50,498 nt of DNA from Clostridia bacterium (GCA_017508605.1 JAFVYN010000069.1:1-50498); one strand, 5' to 3'; shown: positions 37,805 to 47,728, counted from the stretch's first letter. The notes: a model not told the origin generated them from the letters alone. Made by a program: numbers and translations.

Positions 37805-37839
37805 CTCCCTTGCCGTAACCTGAAGATACAACAAGGGAG
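37805..37839 (-). promoter_or_regulatory. 5'-UTR hairpin that sequesters the SD of the activase gene
   Basis: In the minus-strand RNA, CUCCCUUG (37839..37832) pairs perfectly with CAAGGGAG (37812..37805). The latter is the SD for ATG 37795. The loop is 19 nt. Confidence 0.45.
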
Positions 37840-37852
37840 ATGCTATGACTCT

Positions 37853-37881
37853 ATTATAACATAAAAACAGAAAGAAAGCAA
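37853..37881 (-). promoter_or_regulatory. Putative sigma-A promoter of the activase operon
   Basis: Minus strand has TTGCTT (37881..37876), a 17-nt spacer, then TATAAT (37858..37853) preceded by TGT. Confidence 0.55.
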
Positions 37882-37932
37882 ACCCCAAATCCAACAAATC
37901 GAGTCAAATTTTGTTGAATCTTTTTTTCACAA

Positions 37933-38820
37933 TCAGTCGATTCTTTCGCTTCCCACAAAGAAGAGCGCCACCGTACCGGGTCCGGTGTGACAGCCGATCG
38001 TAGGACCGATATTGAAGATCTCAACCTTGCCCTTGAGCGCGGGCACAAACTGCTCCACGGCATCGGCAACGGCTCTTGCGTCCTCATAACAGTCGGAATG
38101 CGAAATGTAGCATTTGCCGCCGTAATTCTCGCCATTTTCCACACACTCCTTGAACTTATCGACCATTGCCTCGATCACGCGCTTTTTACCGCGCAGCTTG
38201 TAACGGGCAGTCAGATGTCCATCCTTGTCCATATTGAGAAGGGGGCAGATCTTCAGAACCGTACCGAACCAGCCCGACATACGCGACAGTCTGCCGCCCT
38301 TGACGTAAAAGCTGAGGTCGGTCGAGAAGAACCAGTGGTGGATCTTCAGCTTGTTTTCTTCCACAAATGCCTTGACGGTGTCAAGGCTATCGCCGTCAAG
38401 CCGCATCTCGGCTGCCATCGAAACCAGAAGACCGTAGCCCGAGGAGGCGGCAAGGGTATCGACCACCTCGATACGGCGCTCGGGATATGCCGCTTTCAGA
38501 TCCTCCGCGGCAACCCGTGCCGACTGACAGGAGCCCGAGAGGCCGGTGGAAAAGGAGAGATGCAGAACGTCGATGCCCGCATCGAGAAAGCGCTTGAAAA
38601 AGGCGGTGAATTCATCGGTATTGACCTGAGCGGTCTTGGGCTCAGCCCCCTCAAGAAGCGCCCGATAAAAGGAGGAGGGGGAGAGTGATGTATAAAGATC
38701 GTCTTCAAATTCCACAGCATCAAGAAAATAATGGAAGGGTACGTAGGGCACGTCGAGTGCTTTCAGTTTTTCTTCGCTGACATCGACGGTTGAGCAACAG
38801 GTAATGACGTATTGGGACAT
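37933..38820 (-). CDS. DegV family fatty-acid-binding protein
   Basis: 295 aa. The text recalls the start of typical DegV proteins in the opening MSQYVITCCSTVDV, and GPGTVALFF near the C-terminus. Confidence 0.8.
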   Translation of the reverse strand: MSQYVITCCSTVDVSEEKLKALDVPYVPFHYFLDAVEFEDDLYTSLSPSSFYRALLEGAEPKTAQVNTDEFTAFFKRFLDAGIDVLHLSFSTGLSGSCQSARVAAEDLKAAYPERRIEVVDTLAASSGYGLLVSMAAEMRLDGDSLDTVKAFVEENKLKIHHWFFSTDLSFYVKGGRLSRMSGWFGTVLKICPLLNMDKDGHLTARYKLRGKKRVIEAMVDKFKECVENGENYGGKCYISHSDCYEDARAVADAVEQFVPALKGKVEIFNIGPTIGCHTGPGTVALFFVGSERID

Positions 38821-38984
38821 AGTGTTTTTCCTTTCGCGTTAAAAGAGTATTCGGTTCGGGACGGCACATACTTATCAGAAGCACGTCCCCGCCCCACGCT
38901 TTTATTGTATGGATTTTTTCAAAAAATACCACCCACAATTTGGGAAAACCGCTCTACAAAAGAAAAAAGCCCCGCGAGAGAGCC

Positions 38985-39023
38985 AAAAAATATCCGAGAA
39001 TTGAAGAAAATCAACTCTCGGAT
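38985..39023 (-). terminator. Intrinsic terminator after the XRE-family gene
   Basis: ATCCGAGAATTGA agaaaa TCAACTCTCGGAT has 13-bp arms with one mismatch. ATTTTTT follows on the minus strand. Confidence 0.75.
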
Positions 39024-39057
39024 TCTGAGAATGTTTCATTTTGATATCAAAAGAGAA

Positions 39058-39666
39058 TCATTTTGATCTCTTTTTTCTGCCGATGGAAAAGGCGATCGGT
39101 ACAATGATCTGAGCGGGGATGCCGATGAGATAGAGCATCCAGGCATTGGGCTGTCCGAGTAAAGAAAGATGGAAGGAAGCGAGAATGCCCCACACGGTAA
39201 CCGAAAGATAAATAACGCCAAGCCACCTCTTGCCCCATACACAGTTGAGAATAAACAGCACCGTGAAGGATGTCGGAATGGCGTAGATAAAGATCAGCCA
39301 GAAATAGTTACCGAAGATCGACATGGTCACGAAAATGAGTAAAGAAAGCGCCCAGACACCGAGAAAGGATACCCAGTTGACAAGACGGCGATTGGTCTTG
39401 GTGTGGGGATGCTCTTCTTCGGGAACAGGCTCCTCCTTGACGAACTCCTCTTCGGTATGCTCGTGCAGAATAAAATCGACCGTCACGCCGAAAATGTCTG
39501 CCATTTCGAGAAGCACGTAGGCATCGGGAATGGCTTCCCCTCTCTCCCAGCGGGAGACCGCCTTGTCGGAATAGCTGAGCTTTTCGCCAAGCTCAAACTG
39601 TGTCAGATGCGCCGCGACACGCAGCGTCGCGATATTTCTGGCAACCACCGTCTTCAGCTCCGTCAC
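39058..39666 (-). CDS. XRE-family HTH regulator with a C-terminal multi-TM domain
   Basis: GTG 39666 has an AAGGAGGG SD 7 nt upstream. The HTH reads LTQFELGEKLSYSDKAVSRWERGEAIP. It is followed by 3-4 hydrophobic helices. Confidence 0.8.
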   Translation of the reverse strand: MTELKTVVARNIATLRVAAHLTQFELGEKLSYSDKAVSRWERGEAIPDAYVLLEMADIFGVTVDFILHEHTEEEFVKEEPVPEEEHPHTKTNRRLVNWVSFLGVWALSLLIFVTMSIFGNYFWLIFIYAIPTSFTVLFILNCVWGKRWLGVIYLSVTVWGILASFHLSLLGQPNAWMLYLIGIPAQIIVPIAFSIGRKKRSK

Positions 39667-39771
39667 GGCTCATCCCTCCTTTTCTTACGGCTTTGCATAA
39701 CTTTCTACTGTAAGTATAACACAATCCGAAAAAAAATGCAAGTGATTTTTTTGTGTTTTTTTCATCGGATT

Positions 39772-41868
39772 ATGACCGCCACCGTCATGAAGGAAGCGGA
39801 CATCATTCTCGCAACAGGCGGACCCGGTATGGTCAAGGCGGCATATTCCAGCGGCAAGCCTGCCATTGGTGTGGGCGCAGGCAATACCCCCGCGATCATC
39901 GACTCCTCTGCCGATATCATCCTCGCGGTCAACTCCGTCATTCATTCCAAGACCTTTGATAACGGCATGATCTGTGCCTCCGAGCAGTCGGTCATCTTCC
40001 TTGACGGTGTCTATGACAGCGTCAAGGAAGAATTCTCACGCCGCGGCTGTTATTTTCTTAAGGAAGACGAGACCGAGCGTGTCAGAAAGACGATGATCAT
40101 CAACGGCGCTCTGAACGCCAGGATCGTCGGACAGACCGCTTACACCATCGCCGCTCTGGCGGGTGTCAGCGTACCGAAGGACACCAAGATCCTCATCGGT
40201 GAGGTCACATCGGTCGAGCTTTCCGAGGAATTCGCCCACGAAAAGCTCTCCCCCGTTCTTGCCATGTACCGCGCCAAGGATTTTGCCGACGCGCTTGACA
40301 AGGCAGAAAGACTCGTTGCCGACGGCGGCTTCGGTCATACCTCGTCGATCTATCTCGACCCCATAACCGAGTCCGAGAAGCTCTCCCTCTTTTCCGCGCG
40401 CATGAAGACCTGCCGCATTCTCGTCAATACCCCTTCCTCGCAGGGCGGTATCGGTGATCTTTACAACTTCAAGCTTGCTCCCTCGCTTACCCTCGGTTGC
40501 GGCTCATGGGGTGGCAACAGTGTATCCGAAAACGTCGGTGTCAAGCACCTTCTGAATATCAAGACCGTCGCCGAGAGGAGAGAAAACATGCTTTGGTTCA
40601 GAACCCCCGAAAAGATCTATATCAAAAAAGGCTGTCTCCCCGTCGCTCTTGAGGAGCTGAAAACGGTGAGAGGCTCAAAGAAGGCGTTCATCGTTACCGA
40701 CACCTTCTTATACGAAAACGGTTATACCGCGCCCATTACGAAAAAGCTCGACGAAATGGGCATTCAGCACGCTGAATTCTTCAACGTACAGCCCGATCCC
40801 ACCCTCGCAAATGCCCGTGAAGGCGCCAAGCTGATGCAGGCATTCAAGCCCGATACCGTCATCGCCCTCGGCGGCGGCTCCGCCATGGATGCCGCCAAGA
40901 TCATGTGGGTACTGTATGAGCATCCCGACGCGGATTTCATGGATATGGCAATGCGCTTTATCGATATCCGCAAGCGTGTGTACACCTTCCCCAAAATGGG
41001 CGAAAAGGCATATTTCGTCGCCATTCCCACCTCGGCGGGTACAGGCTCGGAGGTCACGCCCTTTGCCGTCATCACCGACGAGACGACAGGCGTCAAATAT
41101 CCCCTTGCCGATTATGAGCTTCTCCCCGACATGGCGATCATCGACACCGACTATCACATGTCCGCCCCCAAGGGACTGACCGCCGCCTCGGGTATCGATG
41201 CCGTCACGCACGCCATCGAAGCGTATGCCGCGATGCTTGCTACCGATTATACCGACTCTCTCGCCCTCGGCGCACTCAAAACCATCTTTGAGTATCTGCC
41301 GAGAGCTTACGAAAACGGCGCGACTGATGTTGTTGCCCGTGAAAAAATGGCTAACGCCGCCACCATGGCGGGCATGGCATTTGCCAACGCCTTTCTCGGC
41401 GTCTGCCACTCGATGGCACATAAGCTCGGTGCCTTCCATCATCTGCCCCACGGCATTGCCAACGCCCTGATGATCGAAGAGGTCATCCGCTTCAACGCCT
41501 CCGAGACCCCCGTCAAAATGGGTACCTTCTCGCAGTATACCCATCCTCACACCCTTGAGCGCTACGTTGAGATCGCCGACGCGCTCGGTATCAAGGGCGA
41601 AACCGCCGAGGAAAAGCTCGAGGGACTCATCGCCGCCATCAATGAACTGAAGTCCAAGGTAGGCATCAAGGCGACCATCCGTGACTACGGCATCGAGGAA
41701 AGCGACTTTCTTGCGCGCCTTGACGATATGGTCGAGCAGGCGTTTGACGATCAATGCACCGGCGCCAACCCCCGCTATCCCCTTATGAGCGAGATCAAAG
41801 CCATGTATCTCACTGCCTTCTACGGCAGAGAAGCTTCACCGAAGACACCCGTTTCACCCATCGACTAA
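39772..41868 (+). CDS. adhE: 5'-truncated bifunctional aldehyde/alcohol dehydrogenase AdhE, lacking about the first 190 residues of the ALDH domain; probably a gene remnant
   Basis: Homology starts abruptly at ..[39 protein letters not shown]. In full-length AdhE this lies near residue 200. The catalytic-Cys region [10 protein letters not shown] and a complete Fe-ADH domain are present. No SD precedes any candidate ATG (39736, 39772, 39787). Only about 105 nt separate it from the divergent XRE gene. Confidence 0.75.
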   Translation: MTATVMKEADIILATGGPGMVKAAYSSGKPAIGVGAGNTPAIIDSSADIILAVNSVIHSKTFDNGMICASEQSVIFLDGVYDSVKEEFSRRGCYFLKEDETERVRKTMIINGALNARIVGQTAYTIAALAGVSVPKDTKILIGEVTSVELSEEFAHEKLSPVLAMYRAKDFADALDKAERLVADGGFGHTSSIYLDPITESEKLSLFSARMKTCRILVNTPSSQGGIGDLYNFKLAPSLTLGCGSWGGNSVSENVGVKHLLNIKTVAERRENMLWFRTPEKIYIKKGCLPVALEELKTVRGSKKAFIVTDTFLYENGYTAPITKKLDEMGIQHAEFFNVQPDPTLANAREGAKLMQAFKPDTVIALGGGSAMDAAKIMWVLYEHPDADFMDMAMRFIDIRKRVYTFPKMGEKAYFVAIPTSAGTGSEVTPFAVITDETTGVKYPLADYELLPDMAIIDTDYHMSAPKGLTAASGIDAVTHAIEAYAAMLATDYTDSLALGALKTIFEYLPRAYENGATDVVAREKMANAATMAGMAFANAFLGVCHSMAHKLGAFHHLPHGIANALMIEEVIRFNASETPVKMGTFSQYTHPHTLERYVEIADALGIKGETAEEKLEGLIAAINELKSKVGIKATIRDYGIEESDFLARLDDMVEQAFDDQCTGANPRYPLMSEIKAMYLTAFYGREASPKTPVSPID

Positions 41869-41881
41869 AGGAGTGTGTAGT

Positions 41882-42631
41882 ATGAAACTCGATACCGTAA
41901 TTGCAGTCAGAAAAAACAAGACCCTCTACCGTGACGGTGACAGATGTATCAAGGTCTTTGACAAGGCCTATTCCAAGGCGGACGTTCTGAACGAAGCGCT
42001 CAATCAGGCACGCATTGAGGAAACGGGGCTTCTCATCCCGAAGATCCTCGAGGTCACCATGATCGACGGCAAATGGGCGATCGTCACGGAGTTTATCGAG
42101 GGTAAGACCCTCGCCGCCCTGATGGCGGAAGACCCCGAAAACAAGAATGCCTACATTGAAAAGCTCGTCGAGCTGCAAATGAGAGTGCATGCCAAGACCT
42201 GTCCCCTTCTCAACAAGCTGAAGGATAAAATGAACCGTAAGATCAGCGCCACCTCCTTCGACGCCACCACACGCTACGAGCTGCACACCCGTCTTGAGGG
42301 CATGCCCAAGCACACCAAGGTCTGCCACGGCGACTTCGATCCCTCGAATATCATCATCACCGCGGACGGCAATGCTTACATCCTCGACTGGGCGCACGCC
42401 ACCCAGGGCAACGCCTCGGCGGATGTCGCGAGAACCTATCTTCTCTTCTGTCTGCGCAGCGACCGTGAGGGCGGAGATACCTATCTTGACCTCTTCTGCA
42501 AAAAGAGTGACACCGCCAAGCAGTACGTTCAGAAATGGATGCCCATCGTTGCCGCCTCGCAATCGGTCAAGGGCAACGAGGACGAAAGAGAATTTCTCAG
42601 CTCCTGGGTCAACGTTGTGGACTATGAATAA
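41882..42631 (+). CDS. Aminoglycoside/choline-kinase-fold phosphotransferase (APH family)
   Basis: HGDFDPSNIII and ILDWAHA are the kinase catalytic and Mg loops. An AAAGGAG SD precedes the start. Confidence 0.7.
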   Translation: MKLDTVIAVRKNKTLYRDGDRCIKVFDKAYSKADVLNEALNQARIEETGLLIPKILEVTMIDGKWAIVTEFIEGKTLAALMAEDPENKNAYIEKLVELQMRVHAKTCPLLNKLKDKMNRKISATSFDATTRYELHTRLEGMPKHTKVCHGDFDPSNIIITADGNAYILDWAHATQGNASADVARTYLLFCLRSDREGGDTYLDLFCKKSDTAKQYVQKWMPIVAASQSVKGNEDEREFLSSWVNVVDYE

Positions 42632-42651
42632 ATCCGCTTTCTGAAGCAAAA

Positions 42652-42683
42652 AAGACCGTTTCGGCTCGTGTGCCGAAACGGTC
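42652..42683. terminator. Bidirectional terminator
   Basis: AGACCGTTTCGGC tcgtgt GCCGAAACGGTCT is flanked by AAAAA and TTTTTTTT. Confidence 0.85.
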
Positions 42684-42713
42684 TTTTTTTTAAAGTTTCT
42701 CTGCCGATCGGAT

Positions 42714-45700
42714 TTACTGCTGATCGGGTTCGATGATAATGAGAGATGTCACGGGGTCAAAGGGAATCTTGAAGGTGGTCTTGCCGTCCTTGACGGTAAT
42801 TGTCAGGGGGGTTCTTTCGCCCGTCATGGGATCCCAGACTTCAAGAGCGGTATATTCCCCTCTCAGCGTGATCGTCGGTTCGACCTTCACGTCGGAGGAA
42901 TTGGCGAAGAAATAGATATTTCTGCCATCACGCATCTTGTGGATATAGGTAAAGTGACCGTTACGCTCGGTGACCGCAGAGACAGTCACATCGTAATTGG
43001 TATATACCTTCTTGAGGGTAGCGCTCAGCTTGGCGACCTGCGTCAGGTGATAGAGCTTACCGCCCTTTTCATTGGTCTTTTCGATCTCTCGGCTTGCCGC
43101 CGCCGTGGGAGATACCCCGAACATCTCGGTGATCATGGAGACGACCGCTTCGTTGTCCTTGGTTTCGGTCGCCATCACGGGAAGCGAGCCTACCGAGATG
43201 ACAATACCGCCGTTTTGATAGAATTCGTAGATCTTTTCAAGATTCGATTTCGAGATCACGCGGATCGAGGGCAGGATCATGACCTTATAGTCTTCATAAT
43301 TGTTCTCGTTGTCAAGATGGAGCGTCGATCCCTTGACCGAGACCTTTTCGTCAAGAACCGAGGGATGGAGATAGGTGTAATCCAGACGGATGCGTTCGGA
43401 AAGCTGATTGGTCAGCGCAATATAGTTGCTGTCAGCCGCGGGACCGTAGCCCTTGGTAAAGTTGTAATCGTATTCGAGGGTGTCGATCGGATAAAGCACC
43501 GCGATATCCGCCACGTGTCTGCCCTCCTGCAAAACGGTCTGCAGACGCGCGATGTATTCGTTAAACTTCGGAAGCTCCGAGGCATAAGGCTCGGTGCGAT
43601 AGGAAAGCTCGGGGGGATAGACCACGTTCTTGGTCGAGGAATACCATACCGCGTGAGGCACCATCACGTTGATGCCCTTAGCGAAGAGGTCCATTGCCTG
43701 CTTGTAAAGAACGTTCACGGGCATATTGGGGATCGCGCCGTAGCATTCCACACCGACGTGTGCATGGTCCCAGTTGTATGCCGCGGAGGAGATGATCTTG
43801 TAATAATCCTCACTCATCGTATAGTGACCGATCACGTCCACCGTAGGACATGCCTGATACTTGAAGCAGTACATCAGGTCGCCGTGAAGCGGAACGGGAT
43901 TATCCTGATCCTCAAACAGCATATGACCCATCAGCTCGATGCCATGCTTCTCGCACCAATCGTTGAGCTGACCGATATAATGCTTTGCGAACATTTCACT
44001 TCTCACGGCATTGAGCTTATCTCTCGCCTCTGCCGTCTTGTCACCGATATCGTACCACATTGCCGCATAGTAGAGAATGGGATTTTCCTCTTTACCGAAC
44101 ATTTCGGCAAAGACCTCGTTGAAATCGTCGGTCCAGGCTCTCGCGCCCTCAACACCGTAAGCAGTCAGACCGCCCGCGGGCCAGAAGGAAGGCTCATCAT
44201 AGAAAGCTGAGGTGATCGTGCCGTTGTCAAAATACTTCTTGAAGTGCTTGTAATAGGTCTCATAGGTCACGTCAATAAAGCCCGCGACCGCCTCTTCGGA
44301 AAGATAGTCCATACCGATACAGCCCTCACTGACGCAGATGAACGCCATCAGCTTCCAGTTGTTGCCCGATACGGGATACTCCACATAAGAGCCTTTATAA
44401 TGCGAATAGTCCTCTTCCACGATCACCTGCTGATTACCCGAGAAGGTCTTGATCTCATAGATCGTAGCCGATTCGCCGTTGGTGGTATTGACGTAGAAGC
44501 GGATACCCTTGCAGGTAACATGCTCAAAGGTCACAGTCTTCGACGTACCGACCGTCGTACCGGTGGCGCAGGTCTTCCACACCTTGCCATCAAAATACTG
44601 GATCTGGAAAGAGCGGATGCGGTTATACGCTTCCTCGATCACGACGGAATCCACCGTGACGTCCTTGCCGAACATCACCGAGACCCACTGATCGCCCGAG
44701 GAACCGTTCGGCGCGTTCCAGCGACTGCCCATATTGCCGTCAAACGCCTTTTGTGCCGTGTAGCCGTCGGAGTAGTCACCCGAAGAGAAGTAGCCAACCT
44801 CATCGGCAGAGGCGATATCGTCAGCCGAAATAAAGGCGGGATTTTCGATCTTCTTGCCGTCAGCATAGAGCGCGATCTCGGAGATCGTCGCCGAGTCGCC
44901 GTTCACGAGGCGGAAATGGATGCGGTAATACTGCTCCTCCACCGCGTCAAAGGTGATCTTCGCGCCGCTCGATTTGATCGAGGAGGTCGAGCCGAGAAGC
45001 ACCCATTCGTTCTTTTCGGTATCCCAGTATTCTATATCACAGCCTTTGACACGCTGAAGCTCGGGATTGCTGTCCTCGAACAGCTCGACGGTGTCAAGCT
45101 TTGTCTTTTTGCCGTAATTGATAATGATGGCTTCGCCGCCGCCCGAACGCTGATAGGCGTTCCAACGGGTAGTCTTCTTGCCGTCAAACGCCTTGTCGAT
45201 CTCGTAACCGGGCGTAATATCGTATTCGCTCGTTGCCATAATGCCGACAGGCTGTGCGTCGGGATCAAATTCAGGAAGCACGACAAGATGCGCCTTGTCG
45301 GAAATATCGATCATTTCGTGCGTAGCGGTATTGTAAGCCACAGCACCCACGAAATTGCCCTGGGGGATCTTCAGAAAGATCTTGCCGTCCTTTACGTAGG
45401 AGGACTCCGCAAGGTCGAGGCGCTTGGCGGTAAGCTCAGGATACTTTTCGGCAAACAATCCGCCCGCCGTATAGCTCGGGAAACCGTTTTCATCGTAAAG
45501 CGAGAACTTCATGCCGTATTTCGAGCCCTCGTCGAGCGCCGCTTCATACAGCTTGAGATACTGCTCGGAGAGATATCCCTCCTGCCAATACGGAAGGATG
45601 CCAAAGCCCGCGTAGCCGCTTTCTTCATATGAGCGTCTGACGATCTCGCGAACACCCTCTTCGGTCATTTCATCAAGCGTGGTGTTCCAGAAGAACAATG

Positions 45701-45959
45701 GCTTTGATGCCATATCGTCAGCGGGATCTTCAAACTGCGGATAACTGAGGGTTGGCTCAGGCTCGACGGTGGCGGGATCGGATACCGAGGAGCTGACGGG
45801 AGTCGTCTCCACGGAAGGCTTTACCGCCGTCGTTGTCGAAGGTGTGGATGGAGTCGGTGTGCCGTTCGTTGTCAGAGGCGCGCTCGTTTCCCGAGCGCCG
45901 CAAGCAACCAGAGTCAATAAAACCATAAGAACGGCAAAAAACAGGCTGAACATTTTCAT
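42714..45959 (-). CDS. Secreted lipoprotein, putative glycoside hydrolase with two F5/8 type C (discoidin/CBM32-like) domains
   Basis: The lipobox is LLTLVAC, followed by a Thr/Ser/Pro-rich linker. The two discoidin signatures are AFDGKKTTRWNA and AFDGNMGSRWNA. The protein is 1081 aa. Confidence 0.7.
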   Translation of the reverse strand: MKMFSLFFAVLMVLLTLVACGARETSAPLTTNGTPTPSTPSTTTAVKPSVETTPVSSSVSDPATVEPEPTLSYPQFEDPADDMASKPLFFWNTTLDEMTEEGVREIVRRSYEESGYAGFGILPYWQEGYLSEQYLKLYEAALDEGSKYGMKFSLYDENGFPSYTAGGLFAEKYPELTAKRLDLAESSYVKDGKIFLKIPQGNFVGAVAYNTATHEMIDISDKAHLVVLPEFDPDAQPVGIMATSEYDITPGYEIDKAFDGKKTTRWNAYQRSGGGEAIIINYGKKTKLDTVELFEDSNPELQRVKGCDIEYWDTEKNEWVLLGSTSSIKSSGAKITFDAVEEQYYRIHFRLVNGDSATISEIALYADGKKIENPAFISADDIASADEVGYFSSGDYSDGYTAQKAFDGNMGSRWNAPNGSSGDQWVSVMFGKDVTVDSVVIEEAYNRIRSFQIQYFDGKVWKTCATGTTVGTSKTVTFEHVTCKGIRFYVNTTNGESATIYEIKTFSGNQQVIVEEDYSHYKGSYVEYPVSGNNWKLMAFICVSEGCIGMDYLSEEAVAGFIDVTYETYYKHFKKYFDNGTITSAFYDEPSFWPAGGLTAYGVEGARAWTDDFNEVFAEMFGKEENPILYYAAMWYDIGDKTAEARDKLNAVRSEMFAKHYIGQLNDWCEKHGIELMGHMLFEDQDNPVPLHGDLMYCFKYQACPTVDVIGHYTMSEDYYKIISSAAYNWDHAHVGVECYGAIPNMPVNVLYKQAMDLFAKGINVMVPHAVWYSSTKNVVYPPELSYRTEPYASELPKFNEYIARLQTVLQEGRHVADIAVLYPIDTLEYDYNFTKGYGPAADSNYIALTNQLSERIRLDYTYLHPSVLDEKVSVKGSTLHLDNENNYEDYKVMILPSIRVISKSNLEKIYEFYQNGGIVISVGSLPVMATETKDNEAVVSMITEMFGVSPTAAASREIEKTNEKGGKLYHLTQVAKLSATLKKVYTNYDVTVSAVTERNGHFTYIHKMRDGRNIYFFANSSDVKVEPTITLRGEYTALEVWDPMTGERTPLTITVKDGKTTFKIPFDPVTSLIIIEPDQQ

Positions 45960-46051
45960 TGTTGTATCCTTTCTGAATCCGTATTTACTGTTTTACACTT
46001 TCATTATACAACGAATATACAAAAATTTCAAGAGCAATTTTCGTATATATC

Positions 46052-46094
46052 AAAACAAAAAGAGCATCTTACCAAAACTGTAAGCTGCTCTTTT
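46052..46094 (-). terminator. Intrinsic terminator after the AraC regulator
   Basis: AGAGCATCTTAC ccaaaac GTAAGCTGCTCT has 12-bp arms with one mismatch. TTTTGTTTTG follows on the minus strand. Confidence 0.65.
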
Positions 46095-46097
46095 CAT

Positions 46098-46970
46098 TCA
46101 GGTTTCGTTAGACATGTAATAAGAGGTCTTTCTGAATTTGCTCGGACTCATGCCCGTCATATCCGAGAAAAACTTGGTAAAGCGCGTCGCGCTCGAAAAT
46201 CCGACCATCTCGGAGATCTCGTTGATACGGAAATTGGTACTCATCAGAAGCTCCTTGGCACGGTTCACACGGGAGATCTGCACGTACTGATAGGGAGATA
46301 CGCCCATAAAACGCTTGAACAGACGGATGAAATAAAACTTCGACAAATGCACCAGAGCCGCCATCTGATCAATGGTGATATCCCGACTGAGATTCTCCTC
46401 AATATAACGGCAGGCAATACGGACAGCGTCCGAATCGACCTCACCATGCACTTCCTTGGAATAATGCGTATTGCAGAGAATCAGGAGAATGTTTGAAATG
46501 ATATCGCTGAAGGTCACGTAGCGAAGCATTACGTTGGATTCGTTAAGGATCGAATGGATCTGATCAAAATAACGGGGCAGACAGACCTTATCGTTAACGT
46601 TCAGAACGTCAAATTCCTCCACCAGAAGCTTGCGGTAAGCCTCCATCGAAGCGCCGTCGAAATGCACCCAATGGAAGCACCAGGGCGCGCCCGAGACCGC
46701 GCTGTATTCGTGATAGGTGCGGCAGTCGATCAGGACGCAGGAGCCTGCAGGCAGATAACGGGGCTTAGCATCCACCTTGATCACACCGCAGCCCGAGACC
46801 GTGTAGAGAAGCAAGTACATGGGCTTATCGCTTCTCTTGGTATAGTAATTCTTACCGGCTTCAAAATATCCGTTTTCATACAAACAGAACGGAAACGCCG
46901 TCGCCATGGCATCGGGCGTATACACGCGCATAAAGGATCTTTCGTTAATATCAAGGCAATAATCCAGCAT
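46098..46970 (-). CDS. AraC family transcriptional regulator (cupin plus HTH)
   Basis: ATG 46970 follows an AGAGGTGA SD. The AraC HTH reads ITIDQMAALVHLSKFYFIRLFKRFMGVSPYQYVQISRVNRAKELL. Confidence 0.8.
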   Translation of the reverse strand: MLDYCLDINERSFMRVYTPDAMATAFPFCLYENGYFEAGKNYYTKRSDKPMYLLLYTVSGCGVIKVDAKPRYLPAGSCVLIDCRTYHEYSAVSGAPWCFHWVHFDGASMEAYRKLLVEEFDVLNVNDKVCLPRYFDQIHSILNESNVMLRYVTFSDIISNILLILCNTHYSKEVHGEVDSDAVRIACRYIEENLSRDITIDQMAALVHLSKFYFIRLFKRFMGVSPYQYVQISRVNRAKELLMSTNFRINEISEMVGFSSATRFTKFFSDMTGMSPSKFRKTSYYMSNET

Positions 46971-47104
46971 TACTGTCACCTCTTTTTTCTACTTTACCAC
47001 AGTATACCATCCGAAGCTTTTTTTGTCAAGTCTTTTCAAAGCAATTTTTGTATAGCGGTCAAAAAATTGCTCTGAAAAACAAGACAGCGCCGCGTAGCCG
47101 GATA

Positions 47105-47728
47105 TCAGAAAAGCTTTTCTATCGCAACCAGGATCAGCGCAAATACCGCAGCGACCGCGATCCCGATGGGGATCGAAAAAATCAGCTCCCAGGTCTCAGG
47201 GGCCTTACCGCGAATTTTTTCCTTATATCGGTATTTTTGAGAAAAGGCATAGCGGAAAACATCCCACAGCGTATTGCGGCAGGCAGACCGCACCGAAGAC
47301 CGTTTGGCTTTTTCAAGAGTCTTCAAAAGCCGTTTTTCGATTTTCCGAAGCACCTTGTCCCTGCCGTACCGTGTCGTTTCGGGGGTCTCTCCGACGTGCG
47401 CGCGTTCGGTCTTTTTCAGAAGAAAGGCATAGTCCTTGCAGTCCTCTTTCGGAAGAAGGGCTTTATCATTCGGCAAAAAGGACAAAACGATCGAAGTGTA
47501 GCGGTTCGGCTCATACCCGTAGCCCTTTTTTCGCTCACGCCGATGATCCATCGCGCGCTCAATCGCTGTCAGAAGAGCCGTGCTTGAGATCGGCGTTCCC
47601 GTCCGTTCCCCGACCTCCGAATGAGCGGTCCTGTCTGAAACCTTCACGGTGATCCCAAGATCCGAAAACCGCTCCTCATAGATGCGGACCATTTCTTTCA
47701 CCTCATTGAGCAGAGAGACTTTTGCCAC
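47105..47728 (-). CDS. Hypothetical tail-anchored membrane protein (207 aa)
   Basis: It has a GTG start, a basic and charged soluble part, and a single C-terminal TM helix (LIFSIPIGIAVAAVFALILVAI). No family was recognised. Confidence 0.5.
   Translation of the reverse strand: MAKVSLLNEVKEMVRIYEERFSDLGITVKVSDRTAHSEVGERTGTPISSTALLTAIERAMDHRRERKKGYGYEPNRYTSIVLSFLPNDKALLPKEDCKDYAFLLKKTERAHVGETPETTRYGRDKVLRKIEKRLLKTLEKAKRSSVRSACRNTLWDVFRYAFSQKYRYKEKIRGKAPETWELIFSIPIGIAVAAVFALILVAIEKLF

Noticed and set aside
39039-39052. The palindrome TTTTGATATCAAAA as a regulatory operator.
   Set aside because: It lies in the 3' UTR of the XRE gene, between the stop and the terminator, not in a promoter region. 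It may be incidental and is mentioned only alongside the tkt inverted repeat.
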